Below the pieces are notes generated by a model. It ran no database searches. It was not told the DNA's origin and saw only the letters and a program-made list of their open reading frames with translations. The position numbers and the translations under genes were made by a program. Positions 25,346 through 32,000 of a stretch of 32,000 nt of DNA are shown here, piece by piece. The stretch is from Candidatus Saccharimonadota bacterium. GTDB taxonomy: Archaea; Nanohalarchaeota; Nanosalinia; Nanosalinales; Nanosalinaceae. Numbering within the stretch: the first letter of the stretch is position 1; the number at the start of each line of letters is the position of its first letter. The stretch is taken from positions 780,001 through 812,000 of the forward strand of contig NZ_CP107255.1 of assembly GCF_029232205.1 (NCBI RefSeq). Direction: 5' to 3'.

Positions 25346-26764
25346 TTAATCCTCTCTAACCTCTTCAAACTTTTCTATAGCTTCCTTCCTTTTCTCATCG
25401 TGATTAACGATAGGCCTTGGATAGTCTTCTCCAATCTCAATACCGTAATTTTCCTGCTGGATCTGATTCATTTTGTGAGGCCGGTGGATATGCTCGTCCG
25501 GAACATCTTCCAGTTCTGGTACCCAGTTTTTGATGTATTCTCCGTCAGGATCGTAGTCCTCTGACTGACTGTATGGATTGAAGACTCTGAAGTACGGCTG
25601 GGCGTCTGTACCGATACTGTAGGCCCACTGGATTCCTCCTATCATTGAGGCCTTCTCCGCGTCGACAAACATTTTCTTGAAGTATTCGTGCAGATCTTTC
25701 CAGTCCAGCCAGAGATCCTTACACGCAAAAGAAGTTACAACCATTCTCAGCCGGTTATGCATCCAGCCAGTCCTCTTCAACTGCCTCATGCCTGCATCTA
25801 CGAATGGATAACCTGTTTTTCCATTGATGAAGGCCTCCCAGTCTTCCTCAGCCTCTTCCTTCGATCTCCACTCTATATCCTCGTACTGTTCCAGGAATGG
25901 TTTTTCTGCAGTTTCAGGCCAGTTGTACAGTACCTGCATGTAGAAGTCGCGCCAGGCTAGTTCTTCTTGCCATGTCTTGATGCCCGATGTATCGCTGTCA
26001 GGATTTCGGGCCTTGATTCTTTCGGCCTCCCAGAAAACCTCTCTTATACTGACTGTGCCGAACCTGAGGTGTGGAGAGAGTTTACTTGTTGAATCTTTCC
26101 AGGCGTAGTCTCTGTTTTCGTCGTAGTTCCAGATCTTGTCCTTGAACTCTTCTATCCTGTCGAGGCCGTTCTCTCGGCCTCCCTCCCAGACCTCCATGTC
26201 GTCTGGCTTTTCAAAGCCGAGTTCTTTTAGAGAAGGAATTTCATCGGAGTCGATATCAGGTGTAGTATAATCTTCTACCTCCTGAGGCCTTCTCTTTTCT
26301 TTCTTGAACCATTTCTTGCTGAAATAAGTGTATACCTTGTAAGAAGTACCTGAATTAGTTAGTATTTCTTTTTCCTCGAACATGACGACGTCCTTGAACT
26401 TGTTGACCGGTACATCCAGTTTTTCAGCTACTTTCTCGTCGCGCTCTCTTGCGTAAGGAGTGTAATCTTTGTTGTGGTAGACGGCGTCAGCACCTGTTTC
26501 CTCCACAATTTTCTGAAGCTGTTCGATGGGCTTTCCTTTTCTGACAACAAGATCCTTGCCTTGCTGGCCCGATAGATTCTCCTTCAACTCCTTCAGAGAG
26601 TCATGCCAGAAACTTACCCGTGGATAGCCTAGTGTAGCATTTGAGAAGTAGTTGTCGTCAACCACGTAGAAGGGAATTACTTCTTCGTGCTCTTCCGAGG
26701 CCTTTACCAGTGCAGTATTGTCATGTTCTCTCAGACTTCTTCTGATCCAGACTATCGCCGTCAT
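25346..26764 (-). CDS. phr: Deoxyribodipyrimidine photolyase / cryptochrome family (class I-like)
   Basis: N-terminal IVWIRRSLREHDNTAL. C-terminal FAD-binding signature DAEKASMIGGIQWAYSIGTDAQPYFRVFNPYSQSEDYDPDGEYIKNWVPEL. Confidence 0.93.
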   Translation of the reverse strand: MTAIVWIRRSLREHDNTALVKASEEHEEVIPFYVVDDNYFSNATLGYPRVSFWHDSLKELKENLSGQQGKDLVVRKGKPIEQLQKIVEETGADAVYHNKDYTPYARERDEKVAEKLDVPVNKFKDVVMFEEKEILTNSGTSYKVYTYFSKKWFKKEKRRPQEVEDYTTPDIDSDEIPSLKELGFEKPDDMEVWEGGRENGLDRIEEFKDKIWNYDENRDYAWKDSTSKLSPHLRFGTVSIREVFWEAERIKARNPDSDTSGIKTWQEELAWRDFYMQVLYNWPETAEKPFLEQYEDIEWRSKEEAEEDWEAFINGKTGYPFVDAGMRQLKRTGWMHNRLRMVVTSFACKDLWLDWKDLHEYFKKMFVDAEKASMIGGIQWAYSIGTDAQPYFRVFNPYSQSEDYDPDGEYIKNWVPELEDVPDEHIHRPHKMNQIQQENYGIEIGEDYPRPIVNHDEKRKEAIEKFEEVRED

Positions 26765-26892
26765 GTATCCTCTTTGAGCTCCGAGTCTTTTGAAACCAGC
26801 AACCCTTCGTGTGAGATTAACAAAATCTATTTAAAAGCTTAGTGTGAAATAGTCGTTAAGGTTATTGTAAAAACAACAAAAAGGTGAGTTAG

Positions 26893-28047
26893 ATGAGCAC
26901 GACAACACAGACTGGAAAGTTCGATCTGCCGGAAAACCACGAAAAATTCACAGACAAGTACTTCCTGAGATCGAGGGAGATACTTGAGCAGGAGGGCCTC
27001 AACCCCGAGGTAGCGGTAAAAGTATTTGCCAGGGGAGAGGGAGAAGTAGCGGGCCTGGAAGAAGCAGCTGCAATTGTAGACAAGTACTCTGAAAGCGAGG
27101 ATACCGAGTTGCATGTTACTGAGGCCGACGAGTTCGAGACGAAAGACCCATTGATGGTGTTGAAAGGGCCTGCACAGGATGTGATTGATCTGGAGACAAT
27201 GTATCTTGGCGCAGTATCCCATGGATTGACAGAGGCCTCCCCAGATCACGAGACCGTTGATCCCGAGGAGTTTGGTGAGGCTGTTGGAGAAGTAACTGAT
27301 ATCTATGACGTGCCTCTTCTCGAGTTCGGCGCCAGACACTACCACTGGACTGATACCGCTGACCTGGCCAGAGCTGCGTACGATAACGGAGCAGTCGGAA
27401 CCTCCACAGATGTCGGTGCTGCAACCTTCGGTGAGGAAGGCCTTGGCACAACGCCACACGCGTTAACAATTATACTTGGCGAAGAATACGGAGAGGACGA
27501 GGCGACAAGGAAGACTGCCGAGCTTTTCGACAGGAACATGGATGAAGATATCCCAAGGACCACGCTAGTCGATACATGGAACCAGGAAATTGACGACGCA
27601 CTCGAGACAGCAGAGTACTTCGAAGACAGAGATGTAGAATACGGTTTCCGGGTTGATACCTGTGGAGAAAACATTGCACAGGGCGGAAGGCCTGAAAATT
27701 CAGAGACAGGGCCTTATGAGACAGGTACAGGAGTCAGAATAGAATCAGTCAAGGCTCTGAAAGATGCATTGCGTGAGAACGGTTACGACGATGCAGAAAT
27801 CGTCTTATCCAGTGGATTCGGAAATCCTGAGAAAGCAGAGGCCTTCCACGAGGCTAACGTCGAGTACGAGGAAGAGCACGGTGAGAAGCTGTTTGATGCT
27901 GTCGGTGCCGGCGCATTCTCCGATGGAATACATGCAACCGCCGATATCTACGAGATCAACGGCGAAGAGTTCTCCAAAGTAGGCCGTGAGGTTGACGCCG
28001 AGGCAATGGAAGAATACGTCGAGAATCAGATGAGACAGGTGATTTGA
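26893..28047 (+). CDS. pncB: Nicotinate phosphoribosyltransferase (archaeal ~390-aa type)
   Basis: N-terminal FTDKYFLRSREILEQEGLNPEVAVKVFAR. TIM-barrel PRTase size and layout. AAGGTGA box at 26881-26887. Adjacent to pncA. Confidence 0.8.
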   Translation: MSTTTQTGKFDLPENHEKFTDKYFLRSREILEQEGLNPEVAVKVFARGEGEVAGLEEAAAIVDKYSESEDTELHVTEADEFETKDPLMVLKGPAQDVIDLETMYLGAVSHGLTEASPDHETVDPEEFGEAVGEVTDIYDVPLLEFGARHYHWTDTADLARAAYDNGAVGTSTDVGAATFGEEGLGTTPHALTIILGEEYGEDEATRKTAELFDRNMDEDIPRTTLVDTWNQEIDDALETAEYFEDRDVEYGFRVDTCGENIAQGGRPENSETGPYETGTGVRIESVKALKDALRENGYDDAEIVLSSGFGNPEKAEAFHEANVEYEEEHGEKLFDAVGAGAFSDGIHATADIYEINGEEFSKVGREVDAEAMEEYVENQMRQVI

Positions 28048-28048
28048 G

Positions 28049-28774
28049 ATGAGTGCAGAGAGCTTCGAGGTAAGGCCTGACGGTGGAAGCATTGTGGACG
28101 ACGCAATCGCTGCCTACGGAGAAGATACTATTTTCTGGAACGTTGACACACAGTACGACTTCATGAGGCCCGATGGAAAACTGCCTGTAGGAGAAGGAAA
28201 CGGAGCAGAAGATATCGAAGATGCTCTGGCAGAAGTAACCGAGATAGCCCGTGAAAAGGACATACGTGTAGTAAACACCGCGGACCATCACAATCAGGAC
28301 TCAGCCGAATTCTCGGAGGATCCTGATTTCCAGGAAACCTTTCCTCCTCATTGCCTAGCAGATTCAGAAGGCGCAGAATACGTTCCTGCTACACAGCCTG
28401 AAAATCCTCTGGAGCTTGACTGGAGAGATGAAGCAGACTGGAGCAAAGTAATGAACCACGAAGGAGACTTCGTACTATACAAGGACGCATTTGATGTATT
28501 TGCTGGAGAACCAGAGTCTCCTCATGCAGAAGATCTTGTGGAAACACTTGATCCTGACAGAGCAGTAGTTTATGGAGTTGCAACGGATGTCTGCGTTGAT
28601 TATGCAATTGAAGGCCTGATGGATCAAGGAGTAGAAGTATACGTAGTAGAGGATGCGACAAAAGGCATTGATCCAGAGGCCTCGAAAGATTCAATCCAGA
28701 AATGGAGTGAGAACGGTGCTACAATCGGAAGCACGGATGGCCTTAGCGACTATCTGGAGAGTGATGGCCTATGA
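28049..28774 (+). CDS. pncA: Nicotinamidase (isochorismatase-like cysteine hydrolase)
   Basis: NVDTQYDFM (catalytic Asp), ADHHNQDSAEF...FPPHCL..SEGAEYVP (metal site and the WPxHC-type motif), VYGVATDVCVDYA (catalytic Cys). Confidence 0.85.
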   Translation: MSAESFEVRPDGGSIVDDAIAAYGEDTIFWNVDTQYDFMRPDGKLPVGEGNGAEDIEDALAEVTEIAREKDIRVVNTADHHNQDSAEFSEDPDFQETFPPHCLADSEGAEYVPATQPENPLELDWRDEADWSKVMNHEGDFVLYKDAFDVFAGEPESPHAEDLVETLDPDRAVVYGVATDVCVDYAIEGLMDQGVEVYVVEDATKGIDPEASKDSIQKWSENGATIGSTDGLSDYLESDGL

Positions 28775-29232
28775 GCGTATCTGAACTGCTGGAAGGTGCC
28801 AGAGATACGTATGATGAGCTGGAATCGCTGCATCAGGAGAAAAGAAAACTGGAGGCCGATATCATGGAAGAACAGCAGAAGGTAGAGGATTCAGTGATTA
28901 TGGCCCTCTATCAGATACAGGACGATCTGGGAGATGATGAGGCCTATACCTTGATGCATTCAACAGAGACAGGTAGAGGAGGCCAGTACAGTTTTGATGA
29001 AGTATTGACCGCTGAAGGTGTTGAGGCCCGAAATGTTACCAGGAACGGCGAACCAGGTTATAGTGGCGATGATATGTGGATGTGGCCTGGTAGCTGGGAT
29101 AGCTTTGAGGAACCTCTGGATATTGAGGATGAGTACCTGGTAGGAGAACGCGATAGTCAGGGTTTCTTCAGGAAGCTTCACAGAAGAATGTCGGAGGATG
29201 AGATTCCGGAGTCCAGTTTCTTCTACGACTAG
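28771..29232 (+). CDS. Hypothetical acidic protein (153 aa), translationally coupled to pncA
   Basis: ATGA overlap with the pncA stop. N-terminal helix, then a Trp/Gly-rich segment (GEPGYSGDDMWMWPGSWDSF). No motif recognised. Confidence 0.65.
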   Translation: MSVSELLEGARDTYDELESLHQEKRKLEADIMEEQQKVEDSVIMALYQIQDDLGDDEAYTLMHSTETGRGGQYSFDEVLTAEGVEARNVTRNGEPGYSGDDMWMWPGSWDSFEEPLDIEDEYLVGERDSQGFFRKLHRRMSEDEIPESSFFYD

Positions 29233-29243
29233 GGCTCCGGAAC

Positions 29244-29253
29244 AGTTAAATTA
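29244..29253 (+). promoter_or_regulatory. TATA-like box AGTTAAATTA upstream of the NrtR-like gene
   Basis: It is too close to ATG 29260 but about 25 nt from the in-frame ATG 29275, suggesting a leaderless mRNA starting at 29275 (MPSTKHSEN...). Confidence 0.4.
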
Positions 29254-29259
29254 TTGTAG

Positions 29260-30006
29260 ATGAGACACGAAGATATGCCTTCCACGAAACACAGTGAAAA
29301 CGTCAGCGAAGACTACGGCGACAACCCTGAGGACTATGATCCTGACGAGTTCGATCATCCCTCTGTGACTGTTGACGACATCATCTTTACAGTGAAGGAT
29401 GACGATTTGAAAGTCGCGTTGATCAAGAGGAAGAGATGGCCTTTTGAGGGAAAATGGGCCTTGCCAGGAAGTTTCGTGGACATGGATGAATCGCTTGAAG
29501 AAGCAGCTGAGAGAACACTCCACAACAAGACGGGTGTAGGAGAGGATGTATACATGGAACAGCTCTACACATTTGGAGAACAGGACAGAGATCCTCGTAC
29601 AAGAGTTATCACAGTAGGATACTTCGCGCTGGTACATCATGAAGACGTGGAGCTACAGAAAACAGATGATGTAGAGGCCATTGAATGGCACTCAGCGTAT
29701 GATCTACCTGAACTTGGTTTCGACCATGAAGAAATAATCGAATACGCGGTCAAAAGACTGAGATGGAAATTGGAGTACTCGACAGCAGTTTTCTCACTAC
29801 TGCCTGAAAAATTCACTTTAAGCCAGCTCCAGAACACCTACGAGGTAATACTGGATAAAGAACTGGATAAGAGAAACTTCAGGAAAAAGATTCACAAACA
29901 CGAACTCGTACAGGAAACAGGAGAAAGAGAGAAGAACGTATCGCATAGACCTGCCAAACTTTATACTGCGAACAAAGATATTGGAGAAATAGTTGAGATC
30001 CTTTAA
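29260..30006 (+). CDS. NrtR-like protein: degenerate Nudix domain plus C-terminal winged-helix domain (probable NAD-metabolism regulator)
   Basis: The Nudix box reads S-FVDMD-E-SLEEAAE-R-T-L-H-N-K-T-G-V, so the REUxEE glutamates are replaced by T, N and K. The C-terminal LRWKLEYSTAVFSLLPEKFTLSQLQNTYEVILDKELDKRNFRKKI...HRPAKLY matches the NrtR wHTH pattern. The true start may be 29275. Confidence 0.7.
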   Translation: MRHEDMPSTKHSENVSEDYGDNPEDYDPDEFDHPSVTVDDIIFTVKDDDLKVALIKRKRWPFEGKWALPGSFVDMDESLEEAAERTLHNKTGVGEDVYMEQLYTFGEQDRDPRTRVITVGYFALVHHEDVELQKTDDVEAIEWHSAYDLPELGFDHEEIIEYAVKRLRWKLEYSTAVFSLLPEKFTLSQLQNTYEVILDKELDKRNFRKKIHKHELVQETGEREKNVSHRPAKLYTANKDIGEIVEIL

Positions 30007-30155
30007 TCTCTCTTCAATTTCTTCTTCAAGGCCTTGCTCCCTTTCTTCAAAACATAGGTAACGGCCTTGTACTTCAGATAGTTTTTGCCGATCTTCTTAC
30101 CTGATTTCCAGGCCTTCTTCTTTACAGCTTTCTTCAGTTTATCTTTCAACTTCAT
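30003..30155 (-). CDS. Unannotated 50-aa lysine-rich ORF coupled to trkA
   Basis: Below the ORF-track size cut-off. My manual translation: MKLKDKLKKAVKKKAWKSGKKIGKNYLKYKAVTYVLKKGSKALKKKLKRD (21 K + 1 R, 2 D). Its ATG is 1 nt after the trkA stop (TAAGATG), and its stop overlaps the convergent gene's stop in TTAA. Confidence 0.5.
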   Translation of the reverse strand: MKLKDKLKKAVKKKAWKSGKKIGKNYLKYKAVTYVLKKGSKALKKKLKRD

Positions 30156-30156
30156 C

Positions 30157-30816
30157 TTACTGGTCCTGGAAGAACTTATCTAGTTTTTCTTTTTCATCTT
30201 CTGGGCCGATTAAGACAAGTTGGTCCTCTTCCTCCAGTTCGATATCGTTCTCGGCTTTCAAAGTATCCTCAGGCTTCACAACAGACAGAACCTGGAAACT
30301 CATTGGAAAATGCTTCATAGATTTAAGCTCTCTAATATTTGAACCTGCAAGCTCGGAATCCTCACGGATGGAGGCCTTCAAAACCTCTCTATCATTTGAG
30401 AGATTAGCCAACTTCACCAAGTAAGGGTGCTCAACAGAGGAAATAAACTCGGAGAGAAGAATATCTGTATCTCCAATAGTCTCTGCACCGATAATCTGGA
30501 AGGCCTCAAAGTACTCTTCATCCTCAATCTTCGAGACAACTTTTGGAACACCGTACTTCTTTCCAAGCGAACAGACAACCATGTTCTGATTGTCATCCTT
30601 CAAAGTAGAGATAAGAACATCGGCCTGCGTGATTCCTGCATCTTCAAGAGCTGAAAGAGTGGTCGGAGACTTGTTAATCACCGTGGCCCCTGAAGAAGAA
30701 TAAAGCCGTTCACATTTATCCTCATCAGCATCTATAGCAACTATATCATGCCGGCCTTCCAATCGCTCAACCAGCCTTTTCGATAAAGTATTGATACCTG
30801 CAATAACTACGTACAT
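30157..30816 (-). CDS. trkA: TrkA/RCK-type K+ transport regulatory subunit (TrkA-N + TrkA-C)
   Basis: 219 aa with Rossmann-like N-terminal and TrkA-C-like C-terminal domains (REVLKASIREDSELAGSNIRELK...DQLVLIGPEDE). It starts 2 nt after the trkH stop. The glycine motif is degenerate (VVIAGINTLS). Confidence 0.8.
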   Translation of the reverse strand: MYVVIAGINTLSKRLVERLEGRHDIVAIDADEDKCERLYSSSGATVINKSPTTLSALEDAGITQADVLISTLKDDNQNMVVCSLGKKYGVPKVVSKIEDEEYFEAFQIIGAETIGDTDILLSEFISSVEHPYLVKLANLSNDREVLKASIREDSELAGSNIRELKSMKHFPMSFQVLSVVKPEDTLKAENDIELEEEDQLVLIGPEDEKEKLDKFFQDQ

Positions 30817-30818
30817 CT

Positions 30819-32000
30819 CTACTTGTTTTTGAGAATTCTCTTATTAAATAATGCAAGCAAAGGCAACATCTCCAACCTACCAGCCAGCATAACCACAACC
30901 CATATACTCTTAGTCACAGGCGACAACGCCACCATTTTCTGCCCTTCCATGTACACAGGCCCCATATTACCAGCAGCAGAAATAGTACCAGAAAGAGCAG
31001 CCATGAAACTAACATCCTCAACCACCAAAACACCAAGAGTGGCCACAAAAATAACACCAACCCACACAAAGAACAGTACAGAAATAGTTCTGACCACAGA
31101 ATTAGATAATATCTCCCCATCAATCTTAGGCTCATTAACAGCAGTCTCCGGAAGAGAATAAGCCCTCAAACGAGTCTTCAACAACTCAAACAAGGCCTTC
31201 AAACGGAAAACCTTCAGACCTCCTGCGGTAGAACCAAGAGAACCTCCTACAAACATAACTCCAAGGAAAAGAGCCTGCAAAGCAATTGAAAGTGAAGTAA
31301 CACCTATAGTCGAAAAACCTGTTGAAGAGATAACTGCAGCAGAAGTAAAAGTAGAATTAAGCAAAGTCTCAGCTGGACTAAGGCCTTTGCCAATTAATTC
31401 TATAGCAACCAGGCCTGAAACAGCCAGGAAGATAGTAGTATACAGTTTAAACTCTGAGTTCTTCCTGATAGGCCTGATATCTGCACGCAGAAATCTGTAA
31501 AGCAGTACAAAGTTCACTCCGCCGATAAACATGAAGAAGACTGTCGCGGCCTGTATCCTAGCAGGGAATGCTGACATGCTTGCGCCAAGAGTTGAGAAAC
31601 CTCCTGTAGAAATAGTGGCGAAGGCGTGAGCAAATGAGTCAAAAACCGACATACCCATTCCAATGAAAGTACCCATAATCAGCATTGTCAGGAAACCGTA
31701 AACACGCCACAACTCCACAATAGACTTCTTCAGAGAAGGCCTGATGCTGCCAGGATCAGTCTTGTGGGCCTCAGCGGAGAAAAGCCGCCGGGAAATTCCT
31801 CCAGACTCTCTGATCACTGCGATGAAGAAAGTCAGAATTCCAAGACCTCCAATCCACTGCATGAAGGCGCGCCAGAAAAGCATGGATTTGGGCAAGGCCT
31901 CTGGAGCAAGCAACATTGAGATACCAGTAGTAGTCAATCCTGCTGTTGACTCGAAAACCGCGTCAACAGGCGACATAAACTCAAGCAAAGGCGTAGCACC
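30819..32000 (-). CDS. trkH: TrkH/KtrB-family K+ transporter, N-terminus beyond window
   Basis: Motifs ESTAGLTTTGIS, ATISTGGFS, ISSTGFS and GGSLGSTAGGLKVFRL are the repeated selectivity-filter-like P-loops of TrkH. The frame stays open to position 32000 (…GATPLLEF…), so the TTG at 31988 is probably not the start. Confidence 0.9.
   Translation of the reverse strand, partial: GATPLLEFMSPVDAVFESTAGLTTTGISMLLAPEALPKSMLFWRAFMQWIGGLGILTFFIAVIRESGGISRRLFSAEAHKTDPGSIRPSLKKSIVELWRVYGFLTMLIMGTFIGMGMSVFDSFAHAFATISTGGFSTLGASMSAFPARIQAATVFFMFIGGVNFVLLYRFLRADIRPIRKNSEFKLYTTIFLAVSGLVAIELIGKGLSPAETLLNSTFTSAAVISSTGFSTIGVTSLSIALQALFLGVMFVGGSLGSTAGGLKVFRLKALFELLKTRLRAYSLPETAVNEPKIDGEILSNSVVRTISVLFFVWVGVIFVATLGVLVVEDVSFMAALSGTISAAGNMGPVYMEGQKMVALSPVTKSIWVVVMLAGRLEMLPLLALFNKRILKNK

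Noticed and set aside
25295-25564. 89-aa plus-strand ORF at the photolyase 3' end.
   Set aside because: It is mostly antisense to the strongly supported photolyase gene, has a hydrophobic low-complexity translation, and lacks any start context.
26827-26852. CTATTT-N14-AAATAG inverted repeat upstream of pncB, considered as an NrtR operator.
   Set aside because: The arms are only 6 bp and A/T-rich and overlap a TATA-like box, so they could be chance or promoter elements. It is mentioned as a weak candidate only.

Overview
Gene-dense (well over 90% coding), co-linear archaeal chromosome segment. Predicted proteins are strongly acidic (D/E-rich) although GC is only in the mid-40s % by eye. Genes are packed with 4-nt ATGA/GTGA overlaps, and convergent genes share stop codons. 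Together this suggests a small-genome, low-GC halophilic archaeon such as a Nanohaloarchaeota/DPANN-type organism; that is inference, with no marker gene in the window. Contents, left to right: (1) 3'-truncated trm1. (2) A complete nine-gene A1Ao ATP synthase operon atpH-I-K-E-C-F-A-B-D, with GGTGA Shine-Dalgarno boxes 8-10 nt before internal ATGs. (3) A HAD phosphatase and a small Nudix hydrolase. (4) An accessory-looking block: a nucleotidyltransferase/HEPN-like fusion, a 138-aa orphan, and a two-gene operon of a 536-aa coiled-coil protein plus an 893-aa protein whose two ends look like a split xylose-isomerase/Endo IV-type TIM barrel. (5) Two sequon-rich membrane proteins followed by MoxR AAA+ ATPase, DUF58 and a metallophosphoesterase. 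(6) An MFS transporter with two small upstream ORFs. (7) A histone-fold protein with a coiled-coil tail, and an HTH regulator. (8) A 693-aa Ig/CARDB-like surface protein. (9) A photolyase. (10) An NAD salvage cluster: pncB, pncA, an unknown 153-aa protein, and an NrtR-like protein with a degenerate Nudix box. (11) trkH-trkA followed by an unannotated 50-aa lysine-rich ORF. I found no rRNA, tRNA, CRISPR array, transposase or integrase. The best candidates for something undescribed are the coiled-coil + split-TIM-barrel operon (12127-16421), about 10-fold over-representation of the palindrome AGGCCT across the window, the lysine-rich micro-ORF coupled to trkA, and the archaeal NrtR-like NAD cluster. 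All family assignments rest on motif reading of the supplied translations, not on database searches.
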